From the NCBI GenBank assembly GCA_044240195.1, contig JBIHZX010000003.1, forward strand, positions 918 to 64,917: a DNA stretch of 64,000 bases, read 5' to 3'. The notes under the pieces were generated by a model. The model was not told the origin of the DNA. It did no database searches and saw only the letters and a list, made by a program, of their open reading frames with translations. The translations under genes were made by a program, and so were the position numbers. Below are positions 51,478 to 59,603 of this stretch, in pieces. This DNA is from Candidatus Nanopelagicales bacterium (GTDB taxonomy: Bacteria; Actinomycetota; Actinomycetes; S36-B12). Numbering within the stretch: position 1 is the stretch's first letter; every line of letters starts with the position of its first letter.

Positions 51478-52963
51478 GTTGACCCTTAATCCCTAAAAGT
51501 TCAACGACGACGTCAACGTCACTAAATGCAATCGTTTGGCCCATGATCTCCTGACCTTGCTCGTGACCTTTGCCCAGAATAGCCACTACGTCGTGGCCAG
51601 CGGCTAATTCCAAGGCTCGAGCAATCGCCTCACGCCTATCGCCTATTTCGATCCAATGCGATCTTGGATGGGCTTCAATCCCCTGGATGATCTGTTTTCG
51701 AATTTCGGTTGGATCTTCCGAACGCGGATTGTCATCCGTGACAATCAAGATATCTGACAGACTTGCACCCACACGCCCCATGGCCGGACGCTTGCTGGCG
51801 TCTCGATCCCCTCCAGCTCCCAAAACCGTAATGACTCGCCCACTGAATTCGTTATTTAGGCCGGTCAAAAACTCCTCGATGGACTCAGGTGAATGGGCGT
51901 AGTCGACATAAATTGAAACATCGGCACGTGTTCCGACCAACTCACCCCTACCCGGAACGGTTGCCCGACAAATTGCCTCGACAACATCATGGCCCCGGAC
52001 ACCCACGTGATCTAAAATCGACAGTGCTAGCACTGCATTCAGAGCATTAATCTTTCCCGGCATGGCCATAGAATCAAACCTGATTTCACCGTGTGGCCCC
52101 TCGATCGTCCAAGACGTGTCCAAAGATGTGTCGGCGCCGCGGCTGATTTTCCAATTAGGTGTTCCCACCGTCCCCACTGATTCAAACGGAATTGTGGCTT
52201 GTGCGCAGAGATCAACGCCCCACGGGCTATCCGTACAAATGACGGCAAATTGCCCAAATTTTGGTGAGAAAAGTTGCGCTTTAGCTGCAAAGTATTCAGG
52301 CATTGAACCGTGGTAATCGAGATGATCATGTGAAAGGTTCGTGAAGGCAACACAATCGAAATTCAATCCATTAACTCGATGCTCAGACAAAGCAATACTG
52401 GAAACTTCCATCGCGATAATTTTCACTCCGGCAGCCTTCATTCGTGCAAGTGTGCGAAAAAGGTCAGGGGCTTCCGGGGTTGTTCGCGTGCTTACCAATT
52501 CTTCATCATTAATCAATGTTGCGAGAGTGCCGACAAGTCCGGCACTCATGCCAATTGCACGCGCAGCTTGATAGATCATGCTGGTCGTCGTGCTCTTCCC
52601 ATTGGTTCCCGTGACTCCGATCATGACTATGTCGGAAGTTGGGTCCCCATAAACAAATTTGCACACGTTTCCCAGACAGACCCTGGGATCACTCACCTCG
52701 AGTATTGAAATTGCTGGTGAGATTTCACATTTTTCAATCAGCTGGGCTCCCGCAAAATCAGTTAAAATTGCGGTTGCCCCTCGCTGAATTGCTTGTTGGG
52801 CAAAGCGAGCCCCGTGCACAGATCGACCTGGAAGCGCAGCAAATAGCTCACCCGCATTGACTTCTTTGGAATCCAAGGAAACACCGGTGACACTGACACT
52901 GGTATCTCCTGAGAGTTGCGCACCAATCAGGGAGGCAATCTCGACAACCGGTGTCGAACCCAT
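51470..52963 (-). CDS. murE: UDP-N-acetylmuramoyl-L-alanyl-D-glutamate--2,6-diaminopimelate (or L-lysine) ligase
   Basis: ORF 51470..52975. GVTGTNGKSTT and DNPRSEDP motifs. The ATG at 52963 lies 5 nt after GGAGG; the nominal TTG at 52975 contains that RBS. Confidence 0.93.
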   Translation of the reverse strand: MGSTPVVEIASLIGAQLSGDTSVSVTGVSLDSKEVNAGELFAALPGRSVHGARFAQQAIQRGATAILTDFAGAQLIEKCEISPAISILEVSDPRVCLGNVCKFVYGDPTSDIVMIGVTGTNGKSTTTSMIYQAARAIGMSAGLVGTLATLINDEELVSTRTTPEAPDLFRTLARMKAAGVKIIAMEVSSIALSEHRVNGLNFDCVAFTNLSHDHLDYHGSMPEYFAAKAQLFSPKFGQFAVICTDSPWGVDLCAQATIPFESVGTVGTPNWKISRGADTSLDTSWTIEGPHGEIRFDSMAMPGKINALNAVLALSILDHVGVRGHDVVEAICRATVPGRGELVGTRADVSIYVDYAHSPESIEEFLTGLNNEFSGRVITVLGAGGDRDASKRPAMGRVGASLSDILIVTDDNPRSEDPTEIRKQIIQGIEAHPRSHWIEIGDRREAIARALELAAGHDVVAILGKGHEQGQEIMGQTIAFSDVDVVVELLGIKGQHD

Positions 52964-52964
52964 G

Positions 52965-54737
52965 TCAGCCTCCAAAAGTCAAGGCAAGTTTAGGTGATCG
53001 TGAACCTGTCGGCGGTATCTCTAATGCGCCAAGTGCGTATTGGGCAACTTTTTTGAAGACCGGACCACCTAACTCACCACCGTAACGGCCATTTCGAGGT
53101 TGCGAGATGAATACCGCGACAACGAGTTGAGGATCATCTGCAGGCACCATACCGACGAATGAGGCGATCACTTGATCGTTGTATCCACCGGTCCGCTCAT
53201 CAACAACTTGAGCCGTCCCCGTCTTACCACCCACGCGGTAGCCGGGTATTTTGGCATTCGTCGCTGTACCACCTTCGCCAACCACACCCTCGAGCATCGC
53301 TCTGACTTGGATTGCAGTCTCCCGCGAAACGACACGCGTCGTGACCGGCGCCTCGGGTTGTTCAACACTTCCATCTGCGTGAACGATTTTTTGAACTAAG
53401 GAAGGCTCAACACGCAAACCGTCATTCGCAATAGTTGAGAACACGCTCGCTACTTGCACCGCGTTCACGCTGAGTCCTTGACCGAAGGCAATCGTAGGAA
53501 AAGAAGTCGGTGACCAGTCCTTGTACTGGGGGACGAATCCACTTGTTTCCCCTGGAAATCCAAGCCCTGTTGGTTGGCCGATCCCAAACTTCTCTAAATA
53601 CTTGGAGAGCTTTTTCCCGCCAATACGTTCGGCGGCCAGGATCGTCCCAATATTGCTGGACTTTGCCATAACTCCACTAAGTGTCAAATTCAAAGTTCCA
53701 TGCGGGGTTGAATCACGGAACTTTTTATCGCCTCGCGACAAGAAGCTGGGAACTTTGATGGGCGTGTAAGGAGTTGCTGCGCCTTCATTGATCACCGCAG
53801 CCAAAGTCATTACCTTGCTTGTCGATCCTGGTTCAAATGCAGAAGTCAATGGTCTGTTATTCAGATTCTTTTGAGTGCCTTGAGTCGGATTGCTCGGATC
53901 AAAAGTCGGAGCGGTTGCCAAAGCCAAAATTTGTCCACTTTGTGGATCCATGACAACAACGGTTCCATCAACTGCTCCCGAATTTTGAACCGCCAATGCG
54001 ATTTCCTTTTGAGCAAAGTATTGAATGTCACGATCAAGGGTGAGCTCAATGTCGACGCCAGGTTGGGCGTCTACCCGCACGGATGATCCAGTGGGGATTG
54101 CTCTACCCCCAGACCCCCGCTCGTATGTTGATTCTCCCGGCGTGCCACTAAGTTGATCATTAAAGGCGTACTCGTACCCGCCAAGACCAGATCCTTGCGC
54201 ACCCACGAATCCAATGACGTTCGCAGCGAGTTCCCCGGCGGGGTAAATTCGCCGTGACGTATCCTCACTGAATATTCCCGGCAAGCGCAACGCCGAAATC
54301 TGCTCCCAAGTTTGTGGAGTGACTTCTTTAGCCAAATACATGAAGCGGCGTTCTCCCGTTAAACGATTTGCCAAAATATCTGCATCTGCACCGAGAATTG
54401 GAGATAGCGCCTGGGCCACGAAGATTGGATCTGTGACCATTGTTTGATCAGCCGTCACATTCTTGGCCTCGACGGTGATGGCTAATGGCGCACCCGATGA
54501 ATCCAAAATCGAACCGCGTTCAGCTGGCAATTTAACTGTTGTCAATCGTTGATCCAGCGCAGCAGATGCAAGCTTGTTGCCCTGAACCGCCTGCAGGTCT
54601 ATCAGTCGGCCGGCAAAAATCATCAGAATGAGAGTCGACACCACAATAAGAATAGTTCCCCGCCTGCGGGTATTTCCTAAATCAATTCTGGCTGTGCCAT
54701 ATTCACTAAAGTTTTGTCCACCCCAGTTTGCGCTCAT
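52965..54737 (-). CDS. ftsI: class B penicillin-binding protein (FtsI/PBP3-type transpeptidase)
   Basis: 590 aa with an N-terminal TM anchor, a dimerisation domain, and the SxxK (STSK), SxN (SSN) and KTGT motifs. Confidence 0.92.
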   Translation of the reverse strand: MSANWGGQNFSEYGTARIDLGNTRRRGTILIVVSTLILMIFAGRLIDLQAVQGNKLASAALDQRLTTVKLPAERGSILDSSGAPLAITVEAKNVTADQTMVTDPIFVAQALSPILGADADILANRLTGERRFMYLAKEVTPQTWEQISALRLPGIFSEDTSRRIYPAGELAANVIGFVGAQGSGLGGYEYAFNDQLSGTPGESTYERGSGGRAIPTGSSVRVDAQPGVDIELTLDRDIQYFAQKEIALAVQNSGAVDGTVVVMDPQSGQILALATAPTFDPSNPTQGTQKNLNNRPLTSAFEPGSTSKVMTLAAVINEGAATPYTPIKVPSFLSRGDKKFRDSTPHGTLNLTLSGVMAKSSNIGTILAAERIGGKKLSKYLEKFGIGQPTGLGFPGETSGFVPQYKDWSPTSFPTIAFGQGLSVNAVQVASVFSTIANDGLRVEPSLVQKIVHADGSVEQPEAPVTTRVVSRETAIQVRAMLEGVVGEGGTATNAKIPGYRVGGKTGTAQVVDERTGGYNDQVIASFVGMVPADDPQLVVAVFISQPRNGRYGGELGGPVFKKVAQYALGALEIPPTGSRSPKLALTFGG

Positions 54738-54767
54738 GGATGATCAACTGTCAGCTTCATTTGCGAC

Positions 54768-55403
54768 CTACTCGACCGCATTTGTATCAAGTGAGAGATC
54801 TTCGGATATCACCTGGGAATTAATAAGTGTTGGCTCTGACCACTCACCCGTTCCCCGCTTCGCATCTGATGCAGCTGGATCGTAGTTTTGTCCCAAGGCG
54901 GGTGGAAAGCCTGAACTCGAAGGCGCTTCGACACCCTCGCCTATCGTTGCATCTGCAGGGGTCGCAACGCGTATACCGGGTGCAGGTCTAGGTTTGCCCA
55001 ACACCTTGCCACTGGGAATCTGAATAAATGCAGGGGTCGAACTTGGCACCATCCCCAGGCTACGCGCTTTTTCCTCTAAGGCTGTGGGCGCCGCGAGCGC
55101 CGCAACGCTCTCGATCAAAGTCGCTTCGGTCCGGCTGAGTTCAGTCTGGGTGGATCTCAATTCACTCAAAGTGAATGCCCCTTGGGCCAACGTGGTGTTG
55201 ATCAGGAGCATGCCGAAGAGGCCAACACCTAAAATACTGGCAAGCACAATTACGAACATGCCTCGACTTGCCTTACGGACCCGCATCGGTGCAACCAAAC
55301 GCAGGTTCTCACGGGTGCGTCTGCGTACTCCACGTGTCGCGTATTCGGTAGCGGATTCAGTTGAATGATTGAGGGAATGATCGAGATGCGGGGCAGCGCT
55401 CAT
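54768..55403 (-). CDS. ftsL: FtsL-like bitopic septal membrane protein
   Basis: 211 aa with a single TM segment, then a heptad-like segment ([18 protein letters not shown]) and a P/A-rich tail. It occupies the canonical slot between rsmH and ftsI. ATGA overlap with the rsmH stop. Confidence 0.65.
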   Translation of the reverse strand: MSAAPHLDHSLNHSTESATEYATRGVRRRTRENLRLVAPMRVRKASRGMFVIVLASILGVGLFGMLLINTTLAQGAFTLSELRSTQTELSRTEATLIESVAALAAPTALEEKARSLGMVPSSTPAFIQIPSGKVLGKPRPAPGIRVATPADATIGEGVEAPSSSGFPPALGQNYDPAASDAKRGTGEWSEPTLINSQVISEDLSLDTNAVE

Positions 55404-56386
55404 GCGGCAACTCCCTCTCGCTTTTCGGAGAGGTCCTGAATACGAACGCGCTCTGCAGCGCGAAGTCGAACTGAAGCCGAGCGTGGATTCTGCTCAATCT
55501 CCTGTTCGGTTGCCTTTTCCGAACTGCGCGTCAAAAGCCTTAACTCAGGCTTGGCCGCTTCTGGTATCACCGGTAAGTCATGCGGAACATTTGCCACGCT
55601 GCGCTGAGTGAAGACTCGCTTAACAATTTTGTCTTCAAGTGACTGGTACGACATTGCAACGATGCGGCCGCCTACTGAGAGTGAATCAATAGCGCGCGGG
55701 ATTGCACGCTCAAGAACGGTGAGTTCGGAATTCACTTCAATTCGTAGAGCCTGGAAGGTTCTTTTGGCAGGGTTGCCACCAGTGCGGCGTGCAGCTGCCG
55801 GGATCGCATCTCGAATTAGGTCAACGAGGCGTGCTGAGTAATCGAATGGCTCAAGCGTGCGTTCACGGACGACACGTTCCACGATTCGAGTTGCGAATTT
55901 TTCATCACCGAAACTTCGCAAAATTCGTACTAGCTGACCGGGCTCATAAGTGTTTAACACCTCTGCTGCAGTGATTCCGCAGGATTGATCCATCCTCATG
56001 TCGAGAAAAGTGTCCATCGAGTAAGAGAAACCGCGCTCGGGTTCATCGAGTTGCATGCTGGAAACTCCGAGGTCAAACAAGATTCCCTGCGCGCCCGAAA
56101 AATTGTTATCGACGAGCACCTCTGGAATTTGGTCGTACACCGCATGAACAAGAATCACGCGTGATCCAAATGGTGCGAGTCTTTGAGTTGATAACTCAAC
56201 GGCACTTAGATCCCGGTCGAGACCAATAACTGTAAGTTCTGGAAAAGTGTTAAGTGCCATCTCACTGTGCCCACCGTGTCCCAAAGTTGCGTCGATGAGG
56301 ACCGCATTTGGTTGATCAAGAGCTGGAGCCAACAACGCCAAAACCCGGTCCGCGAGGACCGGTGTATGACGGGGCTCTATTGACAT
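55400..56386 (-). CDS. rsmH: 16S rRNA (cytosine1402-N4)-methyltransferase
   Basis: 328 aa with HTPVL and [13 protein letters not shown]-binding motifs. Confidence 0.94.
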   Translation of the reverse strand: MSIEPRHTPVLADRVLALLAPALDQPNAVLIDATLGHGGHSEMALNTFPELTVIGLDRDLSAVELSTQRLAPFGSRVILVHAVYDQIPEVLVDNNFSGAQGILFDLGVSSMQLDEPERGFSYSMDTFLDMRMDQSCGITAAEVLNTYEPGQLVRILRSFGDEKFATRIVERVVRERTLEPFDYSARLVDLIRDAIPAAARRTGGNPAKRTFQALRIEVNSELTVLERAIPRAIDSLSVGGRIVAMSYQSLEDKIVKRVFTQRSVANVPHDLPVIPEAAKPELRLLTRSSEKATEQEIEQNPRSASVRLRAAERVRIQDLSEKREGVAA

Positions 56387-56391
56387 GTGGT

Positions 56392-56535
56392 TTAGCCCCA
56401 GGACCCTACGAGAATTGACAAAAAATAGATCAGACTGCCAGTGGCAATTCCGGCAGCAACGATTGATGCTCCGGTGCGAACTCCACTAGGAATCAAGTCG
56501 GCCTGATTGTGGAGATACTGGTTAATTGTGCTCAT
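56392..56535 (-). CDS. small single-TM protein (47 aa) between mraZ and rsmH
   Basis: ORF 56392..56580. The internal ATG at 56535 is preceded by GAAAGAAGGAG. The sequence is [47 protein letters not shown]. It ends 5 nt before the rsmH start. No family was recognised. Confidence 0.45.
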   Translation of the reverse strand: MSTINQYLHNQADLIPSGVRTGASIVAAGIATGSLIYFLSILVGSWG

Positions 56536-56613
56536 TACTCCTTCTTTCCCTCGTGGAACACGATTCGCGGTCGGGTTCAATCCTTATTTCTGAAATGTTG
56601 TCTTTGGTCAATC

Positions 56614-56716
56614 AGGTCTCCGCCCGCTATCACCAACTCTCGCCAAAACCATGTTGCCTGTAGCGGGCCCTGACATCGGGGAAGTGATGTCAGGATCAAA
56701 GAGCGGGTGGAGACCT
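56614..56716. repeat. nested inverted-repeat element in the mraZ-rsmH spacer
   Basis: Outer arms are AGGTCTCCGCCCGCT (56614-56628) and AGCGGGTGGAGACCT (56702-56716), complementary at 14 of 15 positions. The inner perfect hairpin is CCTGACATC (56669-56677) / GATGTCAGG (56686-56694). An extra AGCGGGC copy lies at 56662-56668. Confidence 0.8.
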
Positions 56717-56732
56717 CATTGGCCAATCCGTA

Positions 56733-57164
56733 TTAGAAGATTCCCGGGATTACCTCCTCACTCAAAGCGGAGAAGCCTGCCTCTTGACCCGCCAGGTAGT
56801 CCTCCCACGCAGGGGCATTCCAAATCTCAAGGGTGCTGCCGTTACCCACGACAACTACATCTCGATCGAGATCCGCGTATGAGCGAAGCTCTGCGGGCAC
56901 CATCACTCGACCTTGACGGTCGGGAATTTCGTCGACCGCCCCCGAAAACAGGACTCGGAGATAGGCGCGGACGCTGGAATCAGATCGCGAAGCCACGCTC
57001 AGTCGCTCCGCATAGGTGGCGAACTCTGCACTCGGCCACACCACGATCGATCTTTCTTGGCCGCGGGTGAAAACCAGTCCGGCTGCCAGACCCTCCCGGT
57101 ATTTGGCCGGAAGCACCAACCGGCCCTTCTCATCAAGACGCGGAGATTGGGTACCAAGAAACAT
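56733..57164 (-). CDS. mraZ: transcriptional regulator MraZ
   Basis: ORF 56733..57173. MFLGT... from the ATG at 57164, with two SpoVT/AbrB-like repeats (DEKGRLVLPAKYR and DRQGRVMVPAELR). Confidence 0.93.
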   Translation of the reverse strand: MFLGTQSPRLDEKGRLVLPAKYREGLAAGLVFTRGQERSIVVWPSAEFATYAERLSVASRSDSSVRAYLRVLFSGAVDEIPDRQGRVMVPAELRSYADLDRDVVVVGNGSTLEIWNAPAWEDYLAGQEAGFSALSEEVIPGIF

Positions 57165-57197
57165 ACGCCCCACCTCTCACTTTCGCATCATGAATCA

Positions 57198-57232
57198 CCC
57201 GAGTAACTCCCAGTGGCGCCACAATACTCCAC
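57198..57232 (-). promoter_or_regulatory. candidate MraZ operator: four G-rich boxes phased about 10 bp apart
   Basis: The minus strand reads GTGGAgtattGTGGCgccacTGGGAgttacTCGGG. Box starts are at 57232, 57222, 57212 and 57202. The pattern resembles the TGGGN direct repeats with 5-nt spacers bound by E. coli MraZ. Confidence 0.45.
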
Positions 57233-57248
57233 TTTCCTCCATAGTCAA
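57221..57248 (-). promoter_or_regulatory. candidate housekeeping-sigma promoter of mraZ/dcw (TTGACT-16 nt-TATTGT)
   Basis: On the minus strand the -35 TTGACT is at 57248-57243 and the -10 TATTGT at 57226-57221, about 57 nt upstream of the mraZ ATG. It overlaps the phased boxes. Confidence 0.45.
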
Positions 57249-57377
57249 CCCTTAGACCCTAATTTTCTTGAAAAATCCTCCATTTCAGCTCATTCCTTGC
57301 TGCGGGTGTTCCCAGGCGGCCCAGGTGAGACGACCTAAATCAGAGGGAAAAGGCCCTCTCGCCCTTAGGGTGATGGC

Positions 57378-58541
57378 GTGTCCACGCCCAAAAGCCTTGT
57401 GATCGGAGTCGTGCTCCTGGCTCTCATTAGCGGTTGCGCACTATCAACTTCGAGCGATGGGGCTGCCCCTGGTGCGCCCCCCACTGATTCACCTACGACA
57501 ACGGAGATACCCAGTCCCTCACCCAGCCCGACTCTCCCGCAGCTTTTACATCCACTGACCGGGTTGCCATATGTTGATCCGTCGAGCCCAGCCACATCCA
57601 CGGGTCTGCCCCTGGTACTTGCGGTCAAGATTGACAACACGCGAAATGCCCAGCCACAAGTGGGAGTAGAAGCGGCCGATGTGGTCTACATCGAAGAAGT
57701 CGAGTACGGCATGACTCGCCTGGCCGCCATTTTTAGTTCAACTATTCCCGCCCGCATTGGACCTGTGAGATCGGCTCGAATCACCGACATTGATCTCTTA
57801 TCTCAATACGGTTCACCGGCATTTGCTTTTTCGGGTGCACAAGCAAAACTCTGGCCTGCCCTCGCCGAAGCGCAATTTATTGACGTATCAGCGAATAAGG
57901 ATCCTCAGGACTATGCAAGAGACTCGTCACGATGGGCTCCCTACAATTATTTCTTTGCCGCCGAAACCGCGTTAGCCCAATTGGAAGGTGTTTCCCAAGC
58001 CAAAGAAATGGGTTTCACGTTTGCACAGGAGATCCCCAGCGGTGGAAGCCCCGCCTTCAGCGCTGAACTCACCTGGCCTTCTTCGTCCCTCAAATTTCGC
58101 TATAACCAGGACCGCAACCAGTATGCAATTCAGCTCAACGGTGAGCGAGCAAGCTTTGAAGAAGTTGAACAGGGAGAAGGCAAAGTTTGGGCTGACACCG
58201 CCGTTATTCAGTTCGTGGAGCAAACCCAGTCCGTCTATTTCGATAAAGGCGGCGGCAACACTCCCCAAGTCCAGACAGTGGGTACAGGGGAAGCAATAGT
58301 CATGCGAAACGGCCAACTTTTCAGTGCACTGTGGTCGCGACCAGATTCACAATCAGGAACAACTTTCACCGACACGGTTGGTAACCCGGTCCCCTTTCAC
58401 CCGGGGCGCACGTGGATCGCTTTATATAACAAGGATCGCGATGTCACGATCAAGAGTGCCAAGGTAACGCCCATGCCGCTAACAAATGTGAGGCACAATC
58501 AAACGCTCAGCAAAATCCGAGTACCACTGGCTTCAAAATAG
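57378..58541 (+). CDS. DUF3048-domain lipoprotein
   Basis: 387 aa. Signal peptide with the lipobox LISGC and a P/T/S-rich linker. The core (LVLAVKIDNT..AQPQVGVEAADVVYIEEVEYGMTRLAAIF...PVRSAR) is typical of DUF3048/YerB-like proteins. GTG start. Confidence 0.75.
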   Translation: MSTPKSLVIGVVLLALISGCALSTSSDGAAPGAPPTDSPTTTEIPSPSPSPTLPQLLHPLTGLPYVDPSSPATSTGLPLVLAVKIDNTRNAQPQVGVEAADVVYIEEVEYGMTRLAAIFSSTIPARIGPVRSARITDIDLLSQYGSPAFAFSGAQAKLWPALAEAQFIDVSANKDPQDYARDSSRWAPYNYFFAAETALAQLEGVSQAKEMGFTFAQEIPSGGSPAFSAELTWPSSSLKFRYNQDRNQYAIQLNGERASFEEVEQGEGKVWADTAVIQFVEQTQSVYFDKGGGNTPQVQTVGTGEAIVMRNGQLFSALWSRPDSQSGTTFTDTVGNPVPFHPGRTWIALYNKDRDVTIKSAKVTPMPLTNVRHNQTLSKIRVPLASK

Positions 58542-59482
58542 AAAATAGCCAGTTGGCCAAATTCACGTGCTATCTGCAATCCAATTTCGGGATTCATCCC
58601 CCACGCTATGAAACCTGGCTCACGGTGATTTCGATCAGTTGAAAACCCGTCTGCTTCCCAAATATCATCGCAGTAGCTTTCAAGTCGGACCAAAAGAAGA
58701 TCATTGGCCTGGTTGTTTTGTTCAATGCTGGGGCGATCAGATCCCGGGTTCCAAGCTGTGATCACAACTCCACTTAATGCGCGCGCACGGACGGCTTCGG
58801 TGCCCTCTTGCCACGGTAGCGATCCAATTGGGCGCATTTCTACATGCGAGGCTTCATACATTTCGAGTAATTCTTTCGAGGCGATTTCAGTCCCCTGAGC
58901 CACGGCACACAGCAAAGATCTATCCCCCACCGCAATCTCACTGATCCATACCCGCCAATAGTTCCCGGTCTTTATGTCTCGCACCAAAAGTGATTTCGCA
59001 TCAGCCGCTAAAGCAATCACACTCCAGCGAATTATTGAACCCGCTAAACCAACGCCCTCAGATTTCCCCGCAGCCTCCTTTGCGCATAAGAGTGCAATTG
59101 GATTCACTACTTGAGAAAGCTCCCGCTCAATTGGCGTAAATGTCTTCAGCAGGCGACTGACATCACGGTCGATAAATTCGAGATCAACCCCAACCCGTGA
59201 ATGGGCCGCAGCTCCAATCGCGTATTGACCCGTATGAGAAATAGAGATGCAGGTTTCCAACGCGCCACCTGTCCACAGAGGCGCGCCCAAATCTGAATAT
59301 GTGATTTCTCCCCGCTTCGCACCCGATAATTCCTGAGCCGCCTTGCGGGCACAAGCTCGACCGAGTTCACGCATTTCCGCCATCCCGTTAGACGCTAGGC
59401 CAGCGGAATCTAGTTGCCCAAAGACCAGTTCAACACCTGGGGGTGCAACCACCAGATGGCGGAAATCGGGCACAGAAGCCAT
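58499..59482 (-). CDS. fusion protein: EntD/Sfp-type 4'-phosphopantetheinyl transferase domain + C-terminal DUF3293 domain
   Basis: 327 aa. PPTase motifs are GRACARKAAQEL, PLWTGG..ISISHTGQYA, VGVDLEFI and LLCAKEAAGKS. The C-terminal ~120 aa carry DUF3293 hallmarks (VITAWNPGS, EPGF, FGQLAIFY). The stop overlaps the DUF3048 gene convergently by 43 bp. Confidence 0.7.
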   Translation of the reverse strand: MASVPDFRHLVVAPPGVELVFGQLDSAGLASNGMAEMRELGRACARKAAQELSGAKRGEITYSDLGAPLWTGGALETCISISHTGQYAIGAAAHSRVGVDLEFIDRDVSRLLKTFTPIERELSQVVNPIALLCAKEAAGKSEGVGLAGSIIRWSVIALAADAKSLLVRDIKTGNYWRVWISEIAVGDRSLLCAVAQGTEIASKELLEMYEASHVEMRPIGSLPWQEGTEAVRARALSGVVITAWNPGSDRPSIEQNNQANDLLLVRLESYCDDIWEADGFSTDRNHREPGFIAWGMNPEIGLQIAREFGQLAIFYFEASGTRILLSV

Positions 59483-59603
59483 GGTCAGAGTTTGTCCTAT
59501 CTGATTTCAAAGACCGGTACACCCCTCCATCCTACCGGCGTGACATAGTTGGCTACCAATTTCTAGCGCCGCCAAGATTTCTATATGGACAGGGAGGGTT
59601 ATA

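Noticed and set aside
56651-57070. A 139-aa plus-strand ORF antisense to mraZ. Many similar antisense ORFs appear in the track, for example 35304-35867, 35908-36354, 2066-2476, 23805-24227 and 45575-46189.
   Set aside because: Their composition is R/P/S-rich or low-complexity, as expected for the reverse frames of real genes. They have no motifs or RBSs and lie fully within well-supported genes on the other strand.
57341-57360. The hairpin AGAGGG-AAAAGG-CCCTCT, about 18 nt upstream of the DUF3048 gene start.
   Set aside because: It is a 6-bp stem with no U-run, no known motif and no partner element. It could be chance and there is not enough to assign a role.
59483-59603. A rifamycin-associated element (RAE) upstream of the HelD-like gene.
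   Set aside because: Only a short CCGGTA-N13-TACCGG inverted repeat is present. There is nothing resembling a long GC-rich palindrome.
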